Source of the DNA: an uncultured Gammaproteobacteria bacterium
GTDB lineage: Bacteria > Patescibacteriota > Patescibacteriia > UBA1558 > 2-01-FULL-52-15
Direction of reading: 5' to 3'
Length of the DNA stretch: 64,000 nt
Assembly: GCA_964517065.1 (NCBI GenBank)
Contig: CAZFBK010000001.1
Coordinates: 41,734 to 105,733, forward strand
Shown: positions 8,904 through 18,791 of the stretch, piece after piece
Numbering within the stretch: the first letter of the stretch is position 1
Layout of the letters: each line of letters starts with the position of its first letter
Notes under the pieces: model-generated
The model's input: the letters and a program-made list of their open reading frames with translations, nothing else
Database searches by the model: none
Told to the model about the DNA's origin: nothing
Program-made: the position numbers and the translations under genes

Positions 8904-11393
8904 ATGCTCGACAACCTTCTCGATAAATTCACTACCCACTTCAAACAAATCTTGATCCGAGCACAAAACGTTGCTTGGCAAAAGAGCTCTGATGCTATCG
9001 AGCCAATGCATCTACTTTTTGCTTTGTTACAGCAAAAAGGCTCCATCGCAGCGGAAATCCTGTCCAAACAAAACCTGCATGCTGACGATCTACAGCTTAA
9101 TATGTCCTCGCCTCTGAATACCGACCGTCTATTGTCAACGAACCCTTGGGATTTACCCCAGCCCAACGAAGCTAGCCAGAGCATCATCGAGCGTGCAGTC
9201 AAAACTGCCTACGAATACAACCATAAATATATTGGTAGTGAGCATCTTTTGGCTAGTCTCATCAATCATAGTGACCGGGAAATCCAATCTATTTTCTTAC
9301 GGTTTAATATTGATGTGAAAAGAATCAGCCAACAGTTGGAGCTCATCTTGCGTGGTACTGCCAAATTTACCTCCTTCCAGCCATCAGCCCAGCCTCAAGA
9401 TATGTTGGATGGTAATTTCTCCGATGGCGCCCCGCGCGAAACAGCTTTAGAACAATTTACCATTGATCTGACCAGCCCAGAAGCACAGAGCAAAATTGAC
9501 CCTGTCATCGGTCGTAGTCAGGAGATTGAACGGCTGATACAAATCCTCTCACGCCGGACAAAAAATAACCCTGTCCTCTTGGGTGATGCTGGCGTAGGTA
9601 AAACTGCTATCATTGAAGGCTTAGCCAAAAAAATCGCTCTCGGTGATGTGCCGGATGTATTATTGGACAAAAAAATTCTAAATCTTGATCTCTCCTCAGT
9701 TCTGGCCGGCACCATGTATCGCGGTGAATTTGAAGCCCGGCTAAAGCAAATCGTCGAGGAAGTCACTAATGACTCCAATATTATTCTATTCATTGACGAA
9801 ATTCATAATCTGATTGGCGCCGGATCTACCAGTGGCTCTATGGACGCTGCTAATATACTCAAACCGGCGTTGGCACGTGGTCAGCTACGCTGTGTCGGTG
9901 CTACCACCCGAGAAGAATACAAGAAGTTCATCGAAAGTGATAAAGCGCTGGAGCGACGCTTCCAACCGATCCTAATCGAAGAAGCCTCAGAAAGTGAGAC
10001 ACTAGAGATATTGAAAGGCATTAAGAGTAACTACGAAACCTATCATCGGGTCAATTTCACTCCTGAAGCTTTGGAAACCTCTATTGTCCTCAGTCAGCGC
10101 TACATGCCGGACAAGAAACTTCCGGACAAAGCCATCGACTTACTCGATGAAGCTGCTTCGAGTCTAAAAGTAGCCAAGGAAAAAAATCGCTTCAGCAAAT
10201 CTATGCGTGATTTGGAGCAGAAACTAGCGGGCATCAAGAAGGCTAAACAGCAAGCTATCAGTGACGAGCAGTACGCTGCTGCCATCAGCTTCAAGGATCA
10301 AGAAGAAATTATCATCCAAGAGCTACAACAACTCAAGGTCAGTCAGTCCAAAGAAAAAATCAGTATTCTCGGCATCATCACGGCGGAACGTATCGCTGAG
10401 ATCGTAGCGAAAGCGACTGGTATCCCTGTCACTGACATTCTGCAATCAGAAAAAAGAAAATTACTTCAACTTGAAAAATATCTGCAACGAGACATTGTCG
10501 GTCAGGATGATGCTTTGAAAACTATTAGTGAGGCAATTCGTCGCGCACGAGCTGGCTTAGCCGATCCGAATAAACCTTTAGCTTCTTTCATCTTCCTCGG
10601 ACCGACCGGTGTCGGCAAGACAGCCACAGCCAAACTGCTAGCTCAGCTGATGTTTGATAATCCAAATAATCTCATTAAAATTGATATGTCGGAGTATAAT
10701 GAGAGTTTCAACGTTTCGAAACTAATCGGCGCTCCTGCTGGCTATGTCGGCTACAAAGATGCTAACGTCCTGACTGATGCTGTCAAAAGCAAACCTTACA
10801 GTGTCATCCTGCTGGATGAGATTGAGAAAGCACACCCTGATGTTTTCAACCTGCTCCTACCGGTCCTCGAAGAAGGCCGACTGACCGATGCTGCCGGTCG
10901 TACCGTCAATTTCCGTAACACTATCATTATCATGACTTCCAATATTGGCTTGGACCAATTCAAAGCTCAAGCTGTTATTGGCTTTACCTCTGAGGAGTCA
11001 GCTGCCGAACAGGCTGATAAGTCTTTCGAAAAAACCAGTCAAGGCATCAAGCAATCACTGCGCGATTATTTCCGACCGGAGTTTTTGAATCGTATTGATA
11101 AGGTAGTAATCTTCCGACCGCTGAGCAAATCCGTAGCTAAGAAAATCATTTACCGTGAATGTGAGTTATTGAACCAGCGCCTCGCAGCCAAAGGTCGCAA
11201 GATTCAGCTGGATGCAGCCACCGTCAATTATCTCGTCAATCGTGGATTCAATGTCGATGAAGGTGCCCGTTCGCTCAAGAGGTTTTTCCAAGAACAAATT
11301 ACTAATCCATTGGCAGAAGCTATTCTGAAAGACGAAATAACTACCGAGTTCTCAACCGCTATGAAAGACCATCAGGTCGTACTGCAGCATTAA
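8904..11393 (+). CDS. clpC: ATP-dependent Clp chaperone, ClpC/ClpB family (two AAA+ modules with Clp_N repeats)
   Basis: Clp N-domain repeats. Walker A GDAGVGKTAI (D1) and GPTGVGKT (D2). 829 aa fits ClpC-like. Confidence 0.9.
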   Translation: MLDNLLDKFTTHFKQILIRAQNVAWQKSSDAIEPMHLLFALLQQKGSIAAEILSKQNLHADDLQLNMSSPLNTDRLLSTNPWDLPQPNEASQSIIERAVKTAYEYNHKYIGSEHLLASLINHSDREIQSIFLRFNIDVKRISQQLELILRGTAKFTSFQPSAQPQDMLDGNFSDGAPRETALEQFTIDLTSPEAQSKIDPVIGRSQEIERLIQILSRRTKNNPVLLGDAGVGKTAIIEGLAKKIALGDVPDVLLDKKILNLDLSSVLAGTMYRGEFEARLKQIVEEVTNDSNIILFIDEIHNLIGAGSTSGSMDAANILKPALARGQLRCVGATTREEYKKFIESDKALERRFQPILIEEASESETLEILKGIKSNYETYHRVNFTPEALETSIVLSQRYMPDKKLPDKAIDLLDEAASSLKVAKEKNRFSKSMRDLEQKLAGIKKAKQQAISDEQYAAAISFKDQEEIIIQELQQLKVSQSKEKISILGIITAERIAEIVAKATGIPVTDILQSEKRKLLQLEKYLQRDIVGQDDALKTISEAIRRARAGLADPNKPLASFIFLGPTGVGKTATAKLLAQLMFDNPNNLIKIDMSEYNESFNVSKLIGAPAGYVGYKDANVLTDAVKSKPYSVILLDEIEKAHPDVFNLLLPVLEEGRLTDAAGRTVNFRNTIIIMTSNIGLDQFKAQAVIGFTSEESAAEQADKSFEKTSQGIKQSLRDYFRPEFLNRIDKVVIFRPLSKSVAKKIIYRECELLNQRLAAKGRKIQLDAATVNYLVNRGFNVDEGARSLKRFFQEQITNPLAEAILKDEITTEFSTAMKDHQVVLQH

Positions 11394-11429
11394 TACTAAT
11401 CTACCATAACTCAAAAACAGGCATACACT

Positions 11430-12086
11430 ATGTCTGTTTTTAATACTATAATTGCCTTCCTTCTCGATCTGCTCTTCCCACGCGTCTGCGTGGGTTGCGG
11501 TGCCATGGATACACTTCTCTGCTCTGCCTGCCAGAGCTCGATCATAATCGAGCCTCAGACAAGCTCTTCCACCGCGGTTCAGAGCATACTGATTGCCAGT
11601 GACTATCAACAGCCGCTCATTCAAAAAATCATCAAAAATTTCAAATACCATAATTTGCCACAGCTGGCTGAGCCACTAGCGCAAATCCTCATCAGGGTCT
11701 TGGATACACAGCCAAACCTGCCATCATATATTCTGATCCCCATACCGCTCCATCAGAAACGACAGCGTCAACGTGGGTATAACCAAAGTGAGTTACTCGC
11801 CCAACGTCTCAGTGAGGACTATGGCTGGCCGATTGGTGAAAACATTCGTCGAATTATTAATACAGAACACCAAGCTGGTTTGAGCAGAGAGCAACGGTTA
11901 AAAAACCTGGACAATGCGTTTACATATAGAGGTCCAAGTTTGAAAGGAAAACATATATTACTGGTTGACGATGTAGTAACAACCGGTACTACTATACAAT
12001 CTGCGGCGGAAGCTCTGCTGCCGGCCGAGCCTGACTCTATCTGGGCTATTGCGGTGGCGAGAAACAGGGAAAAGGATAAAAGTTAA
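11430..12086 (+). CDS. comFC: ComF family protein / phosphoribosyltransferase (ComFC-like)
   Basis: N-terminal Cys cluster CVGCG..C..C and PRTase motif LLVDDVVTTGTT. Confidence 0.8.
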   Translation: MSVFNTIIAFLLDLLFPRVCVGCGAMDTLLCSACQSSIIIEPQTSSSTAVQSILIASDYQQPLIQKIIKNFKYHNLPQLAEPLAQILIRVLDTQPNLPSYILIPIPLHQKRQRQRGYNQSELLAQRLSEDYGWPIGENIRRIINTEHQAGLSREQRLKNLDNAFTYRGPSLKGKHILLVDDVVTTGTTIQSAAEALLPAEPDSIWAIAVARNREKDKS

Positions 12087-12235
12087 AACCAACAGTAAGG
12101 TATTTTTTAAATCAAAAAGGAGAATGCAAAAATGTAAATTAAAATTCAAAAATACTATCCGAATTTATTATTTTTGCATTAAATTTTTGCATTTTGCTCT
12201 TTTACTTACTCACGAACCTATCGAACCCCGTCGTC

Positions 12236-12952
12236 TTATCTAACGGTGGGCCACTTATCCACCGGCCGACCTGATAAGGCCATGATGGCATTGACCGACC
12301 AGAGCCACATAATTTTTGGATAGCCCACCTTACGGTAACGTCGCGGTGATTCATAAATATCAATAGGCAGGCAGCGTATCGTACCTACTTTCGCTAGGCG
12401 GCCAAATAATTCGAAATCCTCCCCCGCTCCCAGACTATCTTTATACCCTTTCAATTTTTTGAAAACACTGCGTCTGATAATCTGACATTCGCCTTTGGCA
12501 GCTCCGCGCTTGATCAGGTTGAGAAAAATAACATACCACCAGAAAAATTTGGCGAATATTCTATCGGCGAGGATCCGTTCCTCCGGATAGACTCCGGTGC
12601 GGGCTGTACCGGCGACAACCGACTGATCGCGAAACGTCAGCTCAATAGCTTGAAGCAATAACGGTAAGCTAGAGACGATGATATCAGCATCAAAAAAAAT
12701 AAGCACATCTCCCGTAGCAAGTGTAGCTCCCCTATTGCGCCCGTGGGCTATCGTCTCGACTGCTTTCTCTTTCTTATAAGCTATCTGATCCGCATACTTC
12801 TCAGCAATCTTCAGCGTCCCGTCAGTACTACCACCATCAGCCACGATCAACTCCAGATCAAAATGATCTTTAACTTTGGCATACTGAGGCAGTGTCTTGG
12901 CTACAACCCTAGCTTCATTGTAGGTGGGGATGATGATACTGAATTTCATCAA
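12236..12952 (-). CDS. Glycosyltransferase family 2
   Basis: MMKFSIIIPTYNEA... GT2 N-terminal fold. DxD-like FFDAD. Confidence 0.75.
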   Translation of the reverse strand: MMKFSIIIPTYNEARVVAKTLPQYAKVKDHFDLELIVADGGSTDGTLKIAEKYADQIAYKKEKAVETIAHGRNRGATLATGDVLIFFDADIIVSSLPLLLQAIELTFRDQSVVAGTARTGVYPEERILADRIFAKFFWWYVIFLNLIKRGAAKGECQIIRRSVFKKLKGYKDSLGAGEDFELFGRLAKVGTIRCLPIDIYESPRRYRKVGYPKIMWLWSVNAIMALSGRPVDKWPTVR

Positions 12953-12958
12953 ATCAGA

Positions 12959-13993
12959 TTAATTATAACTCCATGACGCTCCTTGAGAATTGGTATTGAT
13001 AGCTCTACATTTATCTATTTGACCATGGATATGTCCTATTTTCCCATATCTCGTAGGGCCGTTATAATTATTATCTATATCTTTGCCCGTGGCGCAATCT
13101 AATTTATCATTACAACGCGATCCTGACCCAAAGCAGGTTTCCTCACACTGCACGTAGGTAAAACCACTTTCGGTCATTTTGAGCTCTAGCTGATGATAAT
13201 TAATACCAACCGCAGCCGGTATGGCTAAATCAACCGCACATGACTTAGGAGGATGATCTTTATTAAAAGCCCATAGATTATTAGGTCCTCCATAGTGATA
13301 CTCTCCTCCATGACTGCAACCAGATTTGACACCTCCATTTTTTAACCTGTTACAATTTCCTGTGTAGATTCGGTCGTCCGTCACAGAATTCAACACAACT
13401 GACCACAACTTTGGTACAGTATAATCAAGCCGTGAAAAAGCATTTAATAAATCTGGATGCATATCTTGAAGCTGTTTCGGATTAACACCTGTCTTGTTAA
13501 TACCAGATATGTTGCTTTCTAATGGTTGTACGACCGTATCAATCGGTAAAATGATAGGTTGTACCTGAGTGATATTCAAATCCTGCAACTCCACCAGCTT
13601 ACTATTGATCTGAGCAAACAACAGATATGAAGTCAAAGCTAATATCAGACCAAAGATAGCAGCCGAAATAGTAGACTTAGCTTCAGAAATCTTGCTGCTG
13701 TTACCGGCTGCTAGGAGCCATTGGAAACCACCAAACATGATCATGACCACAGCCAATACGATCGCCCCTTGGACGAAGAAACTATAAAGCGCAGCGATAT
13801 AACAACCGAGGAAGCTGCCGTCCATCTTAGCCGTGCAATGCAGGGCATTGAGATAGGGATCAAGCCCGATCGAGGAGTTGAACTGAACCTTTTCAACTGT
13901 GGGCGGCTGATTATTAACAAACTGATTAAGACCGTTGTACCAAGGATCGGCAGCGTGGGCTACCGCGATAAATTTATAAAATAATGCGTTCAT
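12959..13993 (-). CDS. Secreted/membrane protein. Signal peptide plus a two-TM hairpin reminiscent of VirB2/TrbC pilins, followed by a Cys-rich C-terminal domain with a possible peptidase-like SHGG...AVDLA motif.
   Basis: Signal peptide cleavage site AHA/AD. Two long hydrophobic helices separated by a short loop. About 200-aa Cys-rich C-terminal domain. The assignment is topology-based only. Confidence 0.35.
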   Translation of the reverse strand: MNALFYKFIAVAHAADPWYNGLNQFVNNQPPTVEKVQFNSSIGLDPYLNALHCTAKMDGSFLGCYIAALYSFFVQGAIVLAVVMIMFGGFQWLLAAGNSSKISEAKSTISAAIFGLILALTSYLLFAQINSKLVELQDLNITQVQPIILPIDTVVQPLESNISGINKTGVNPKQLQDMHPDLLNAFSRLDYTVPKLWSVVLNSVTDDRIYTGNCNRLKNGGVKSGCSHGGEYHYGGPNNLWAFNKDHPPKSCAVDLAIPAAVGINYHQLELKMTESGFTYVQCEETCFGSGSRCNDKLDCATGKDIDNNYNGPTRYGKIGHIHGQIDKCRAINTNSQGASWSYN

Positions 13994-14622
13994 AGTATGA
14001 ATGATGAGTCAATTATTTGGCGCCATTGTGACAGTGAGATGTCTTCAGCCACTCGGATCGTACCATTCAGCTCGAAATATGGGATCGAGGGTATCCCAGC
14101 AGTAGTAGCATCAGCGATATCCTGCTCTATCAGCGACAGCGTCGCACGGTCATTGAGACAACGGGAAAATAGTGCTCGATCTAAGTGTAAATCATCTGCA
14201 ATAGATATCCAAATACTAGCGTCGTCTGTCAAACGAGTTTGTCGTGCAAAAAGCTCATCATGATACTGCCAAAACTTTCCTTGCAGCTGGGCGCACCGTG
14301 CAGCCAGAGCTGCTGTCCGAGCATTATCAGTATCAAGTGGCAAATCCTTGCGTACTATTCTGACTTTATCGCCATAGATCGCCCGTAGTTGGTCCAAGGT
14401 CAAAGCGGACGTACGGCAGGCAGGACAGGTGAAACTACTAAAATACACCAAGGTCGTCTTGGCTGTGACGGGACCAACTGCAGGATCTTCAGCTCGCAAC
14501 GGCACCGCAATAAAAGCCTGACCAACGCTGCCAGGTATTATTCTGTTTCTGACCGTAATATAATAAAACACGATACCGCTCAGTATCAGTAATGCTAACA
14601 AGCTAAAGCCAAATAATTTCAT
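13990..14622 (-). CDS. DsbA-like thiol-disulfide oxidoreductase (thioredoxin fold, membrane anchored)
   Basis: N-terminal TM. CxxC active site FTCPACRTS. 4-bp overlap with the downstream gene. Confidence 0.7.
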   Translation of the reverse strand: MKLFGFSLLALLILSGIVFYYITVRNRIIPGSVGQAFIAVPLRAEDPAVGPVTAKTTLVYFSSFTCPACRTSALTLDQLRAIYGDKVRIVRKDLPLDTDNARTAALAARCAQLQGKFWQYHDELFARQTRLTDDASIWISIADDLHLDRALFSRCLNDRATLSLIEQDIADATTAGIPSIPYFELNGTIRVAEDISLSQWRQIIDSSFIL

Positions 14623-14629
14623 CGTTAAT

Positions 14630-15886
14630 TTATTTCAAACGAATACTATGCAGGGTACCCGTGGCACGGTCGACGAAATACAGTATCGACTGATCGGGTG
14701 ACAGTGAGACTGACTGAGCAGTATAGCTCTGCTGACTGCCAACCGGCAAAGCTAATGGTACTTTGTTGCCGGAGATCAGATCGATACGATAGAAGACATC
14801 AGGTGTAGTATTCGCCAGATCAGGGTAGAGACCAGAACCCTGCGACAGCTCGATCGGCACAGCACAATAGATCGAGCTCTCCGTCTGATCGAAGGCACAC
14901 TTATCTGGCCACGTATTCAGCTGCAAATCAGTCTGACTATAGCCTATATCTCCTGTCCTGCCCTCTGTCAGCCACAGTCGCGGCTGATAGCCATCTGAAG
15001 CACTAGCAGTACTATAGAGGAGATATGATCCTCCCGGAGACCAGGAGCCGGTGAATTTCAAACCGTCGACATTGAAGGACTGGAACTGCTCTTGATTGCG
15101 TCCGATCGGCACCACCTCTTGCCCATCAGTACCTGTGGCTTTGCGATAGAGTGCTACTACTTGATTGTCCGGTGAGACATTGACCGCGACATTGAGCTCA
15201 CGATCTCCGACTGGCTCGACTATCTTGATATCACTCCCGTCTGCCGAGCCTGCCATCAGCCAGGTCGTATCAGGTTTACCGCCATTCCAGATAGCCGCGA
15301 ATGACCGGCCATTAGAATCCAGCGAAAACTTCTCCAGCTCCTTCGGCAGACTGACCTGTTTACCTTTATTGAAATCATACAGAATATTTGATCCGTCAGG
15401 ATATTCCAAAATTGCCACACTCTTATTGGCGGCCCAGGTAACGTCTGAGACATTATAAAATTTCTCCGTCCCCAATGTCGTCACGGTACCGTCAGATGTC
15501 AACGTCTGAAAGACAGATAAATCAGGATTATAATAGGTCAAACCATTGGTAGTCGGCACAGCAAACTCCACTTTGGTAGTTCCATAATCAGTGACTGCTG
15601 TCTGGCCACCTTGAGCCACCTCGTCGATACCGGTCGTACCGCCAAACTGAGGTAAGCCACCATTGCTATTCGGAACATTTACCACTGGAATATTTCCTTG
15701 ATTAATATTGGGCAGTTGACCAGTGCCGGTATTAGTATTTTGATTGCCTGATTTTGGCACCAGACTGCCAAATATGATCGTAATCAAGGCCCAGGCTAGT
15801 AAGAGTACCACTACGACGAATCCTATAATTAAAAATAGACGTTTTCTTTCCATATTATTGTGAACAAGAATAAATTTGACAACCAA
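14630..15886 (-). CDS. Secreted TolB-like / WD40-like (PD40) beta-propeller protein
   Basis: N-terminal TM. Repeated SPD(G/N)..(V/L)(A/L)(Y/F) blades (SPDNQVVALYR, SPGGSYLLYS, SPDQSILYFV). Confidence 0.5.
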   Translation of the reverse strand: MVVKFILVHNNMERKRLFLIIGFVVVVLLLAWALITIIFGSLVPKSGNQNTNTGTGQLPNINQGNIPVVNVPNSNGGLPQFGGTTGIDEVAQGGQTAVTDYGTTKVEFAVPTTNGLTYYNPDLSVFQTLTSDGTVTTLGTEKFYNVSDVTWAANKSVAILEYPDGSNILYDFNKGKQVSLPKELEKFSLDSNGRSFAAIWNGGKPDTTWLMAGSADGSDIKIVEPVGDRELNVAVNVSPDNQVVALYRKATGTDGQEVVPIGRNQEQFQSFNVDGLKFTGSWSPGGSYLLYSTASASDGYQPRLWLTEGRTGDIGYSQTDLQLNTWPDKCAFDQTESSIYCAVPIELSQGSGLYPDLANTTPDVFYRIDLISGNKVPLALPVGSQQSYTAQSVSLSPDQSILYFVDRATGTLHSIRLK

Positions 15887-16373
15887 GATCTTTCAGCCAA
15901 GAAAAAACTACCTCCAGTCCTAGGCGTAGCAACATACCGGGCTGCAGGAAGACCATTAAGGTGACACTAATGATAAAGACGATAAGCAACAATCCATGAG
16001 TACCAAACATCACCCAACGCTCTATCTTGCTAACTTTCTGCCAAACACCGGGCCACTCGAATCCCATGATATTAGCCGTCAGATAACGCAAGGTGGTCTC
16101 CAGCACGTACCAGATAAAAGTCAACGGATTCAAGGCTGTGACGAGACGAAAAAGACGGATAGTTGAATCTGTTTCTTGACGCAGCGCCTGAATGCTGCCA
16201 CCCTGTTGATCTTCTTGCTGTTCTACTGCCTGCTTGGTTTCCATCCGATCCTGCAACCGTTGCTGTTCGAATTGTTGCTGATACCGTTCCTCACGTTCCG
16301 CCGTATCATCAGCGAGTCCCAAGCTGGGCATTTGTAATACCTGTGCCATATTATTGCCATTCTGCTCGGTCAA
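15855..16373 (-). CDS. Hypothetical Gln-rich protein with C-terminal TM segments
   Basis: 172-aa ORF in the operon with the VirB4-like gene. No recognisable domain. Confidence 0.4.
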   Translation of the reverse strand: MTEQNGNNMAQVLQMPSLGLADDTAEREERYQQQFEQQRLQDRMETKQAVEQQEDQQGGSIQALRQETDSTIRLFRLVTALNPLTFIWYVLETTLRYLTANIMGFEWPGVWQKVSKIERWVMFGTHGLLLIVFIISVTLMVFLQPGMLLRLGLEVVFSWLKDLGCQIYSCSQ

Positions 16374-16956
16374 CCAACCAATGGTCGCCCGATTTTACTA
16401 ATGAAACTATAATATCTTGATAGTACTCGTTGATTTTTAAATCTGCTTTGCGTTCACTGCGCTGCGTCTTGACTGTCAGACGTGCTTCCGAAGCTGTTTG
16501 TGACACCAGCTTAATGCTAATGACGTGAGTTTCGATACCGGTATAAGCCTGAGCTGTATCTTGGCGCTTAGAAAAATCAAAACGACCTTGAAATGCTGGT
16601 GTGACCATAGACCAGACATCGCGGATATTTTGCTGGTTACTTTGGTTGGAGAAGCTGCCATAGCGTTCGACGAAGGTCCGCGTCACCACCGACAGCTCAG
16701 CACCAGCCGGTGCAGTGATCGGTAGCACTTGATTGACGTTTGTATTAGCAGCATTATCTGGTGTCACTGATTGAGGTTGTAATACTACCGGCGCTAATGT
16801 TCGTTGAGACAAAAACCACCAAAACCAAATCCCCAGACCAATGAGAACGACAACGACACCAATACTCAGCCACACTTTCGGTCGTGAAAAAATATTAGCC
16901 AGCGGCATTGATTTGGGCGTTAGTTTTCTCAGCGAAGTCGCGTTTGGCCTGTTCAA
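16351..16956 (-). CDS. Hypothetical membrane-anchored protein (N-terminal TM)
   Basis: 201-aa ORF. TM segment VVVLIGLGIWFWWFL. Overlaps the upstream gene, so the true start may be the internal Met near 16908. Confidence 0.45.
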   Translation of the reverse strand: MNRPNATSLRKLTPKSMPLANIFSRPKVWLSIGVVVVLIGLGIWFWWFLSQRTLAPVVLQPQSVTPDNAANTNVNQVLPITAPAGAELSVVTRTFVERYGSFSNQSNQQNIRDVWSMVTPAFQGRFDFSKRQDTAQAYTGIETHVISIKLVSQTASEARLTVKTQRSERKADLKINEYYQDIIVSLVKSGDHWLVDRAEWQ

Positions 16957-18790
16957 TCTCGAGGAGCTGTTTTGGATCTGAGGTGATCAGCTGATCCTCG
17001 GTATACGAAGCCATTATTTTGATGGCAGCATGCTTGGCACCGGCGAAAAATATTCCCTCTCCCACGGCACTCTCCAGCAGTAGATATTTCTCTCCTTCGG
17101 TTAATAAGAAAGTCTTTTGAATATTATTAATAGCTGCCGGTGATTGCTTCAATAGCATTTGCATGGACGAATTGGTAACGATCGCCTGTCCGTAGGGCGA
17201 CAGTAAGAAGTCATTAACATCCTGAGTAATAGTCGTGATACCAAGGTAATATTTACGACAACGTTTGACTAAGGCGTAGATGAACTTGGCACTATCTTCG
17301 TGTTGCATCAGCCACCAGGCTTCGTCGATTATCAGTAGACGCTTCTTGACGGAAGAGCGAACAATATTCCAGATATAGTTAATAACTGTGTAAATGGCGA
17401 TTGGTCGCAGCTCATCTTCCAGATCTCGGACACTGAAGACCACCAATTGATTATCCGTATTTACATTCGTCGGATTATTAAACAAACCAGCAAAGGTACC
17501 TTGAGTATACTTTTTGATGCGCAGCGCAATATCTTCGCCGCCCACCATACCCATCAGCACTTCTTCGAAATCAGACATCAGCGGCATGCTGGCTCGCGTC
17601 CAATCTGAGCTAGCATTGATATCTTTCTTGGCATAGGTTTCGAGCAAGGCCCGATCAACGATGGAGTCCTCCTCATTGGTCAGATCACCGACCATCAGAC
17701 GGATCAGTCCTTTCAGAGTAATGACAGCGCTGCGAAGAATATCTTCCGGCCGGGCGTCTCCTACCTTACGGGGCAAATCAAAAGGATTTAATTTACTTTC
17801 AGAATTCAATGAGAGGTTAATGTAGGCACCACCGACCGAATCAGATAAATGCAAATATTCTTTCTCCGGGTCGATAATAATAATCTCCATACCCAACATC
17901 ATACTACGCAGGACTTCTAGTTTCACCGCGTAGCTTTTGCCGGCACCTGAGGTAGCGAAAACCACTGAATTAGCATTCTGCAGACTGAAACGATCAAAAA
18001 TAATTAAACTATTATTGTGACGGTTAATGCCGTACATGATACCGTTATCAGAAGTTAATTCTGAGGATACAAACGGGAACGAAGCTGCCGCTGGCGAGCT
18101 ACTCATATTAGCAGCGACAAAGAGCTCGTCGTTGCCTAATGGCAATGTCGAGTTGAAACCCTGTTCAGATTGATAAAAAGCCCGACGTGACATCACCAGA
18201 TGAGCGCCGAGCAGATTTTCAATTTTGTCTGAAGCAGAGTCCAGCTGTTCTTTGTTCTCAGCGTAGACCGTGATATAGAGGGCATATTGGAAAAACCGCT
18301 CAGTACCCTGACTGAGACTGTCGCGCAAACTTTCGATATCGCCCAAAGCAGTTTCTTGTACTGGATCACGCGGAGCACCCTTCTCTCTGTCCGAAATAAT
18401 CTGTGATTCGATGACACCGACTTTTTTCTTCAACTGCTTCAAGACTGCGGTGCTGTCAATCGGATAAAAAAACATAGCAATATCCAACGGTAAGCTATAG
18501 TTGATGATCGGGGCAAACCAGCTGATCGTGACGTAGCGCGGATAGGCAATGACAAAAATAGTCCGAGCATAGAGCGGTCCCAGCTGGACATAGCTGACGT
18601 CGACTTTGAACGATGAAGGCGCGATCAGATCACGGATACTGACGACACCTTCGCGGAAAACCTTCTCCGCTTCCAGGACAGTAATATCTTCTTCAGTTCG
18701 TTCTCTCAGCTGTTGCTCTTGCTGCGCCAAACCAACGCGCTGCTCGTCATCGTTGGGGAAATTACTAGTAACTTGTTGGGGTTTAAACAT
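16895..18790 (-). CDS. VirB4/TraC-like type IV secretion ATPase
   Basis: Walker A FATSGAGKSYAVK. Walker B LLIIDEAWW. About 630 aa. The N-terminal portion may be encoded by the adjacent upstream 248-aa ORF. Confidence 0.7.
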   Translation of the reverse strand: MFKPQQVTSNFPNDDEQRVGLAQQEQQLRERTEEDITVLEAEKVFREGVVSIRDLIAPSSFKVDVSYVQLGPLYARTIFVIAYPRYVTISWFAPIINYSLPLDIAMFFYPIDSTAVLKQLKKKVGVIESQIISDREKGAPRDPVQETALGDIESLRDSLSQGTERFFQYALYITVYAENKEQLDSASDKIENLLGAHLVMSRRAFYQSEQGFNSTLPLGNDELFVAANMSSSPAAASFPFVSSELTSDNGIMYGINRHNNSLIIFDRFSLQNANSVVFATSGAGKSYAVKLEVLRSMMLGMEIIIIDPEKEYLHLSDSVGGAYINLSLNSESKLNPFDLPRKVGDARPEDILRSAVITLKGLIRLMVGDLTNEEDSIVDRALLETYAKKDINASSDWTRASMPLMSDFEEVLMGMVGGEDIALRIKKYTQGTFAGLFNNPTNVNTDNQLVVFSVRDLEDELRPIAIYTVINYIWNIVRSSVKKRLLIIDEAWWLMQHEDSAKFIYALVKRCRKYYLGITTITQDVNDFLLSPYGQAIVTNSSMQMLLKQSPAAINNIQKTFLLTEGEKYLLLESAVGEGIFFAGAKHAAIKIMASYTEDQLITSDPKQLLEIEQAKRDFAEKTNAQINAAG

Positions 18791-18791
18791 A

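Noticed and set aside
9518-10294. Minus-strand ORFs inside clpC (9518-9793, 10100-10294)
   Set aside because: They are antisense to a well-supported AAA+ chaperone gene with intact Walker motifs.
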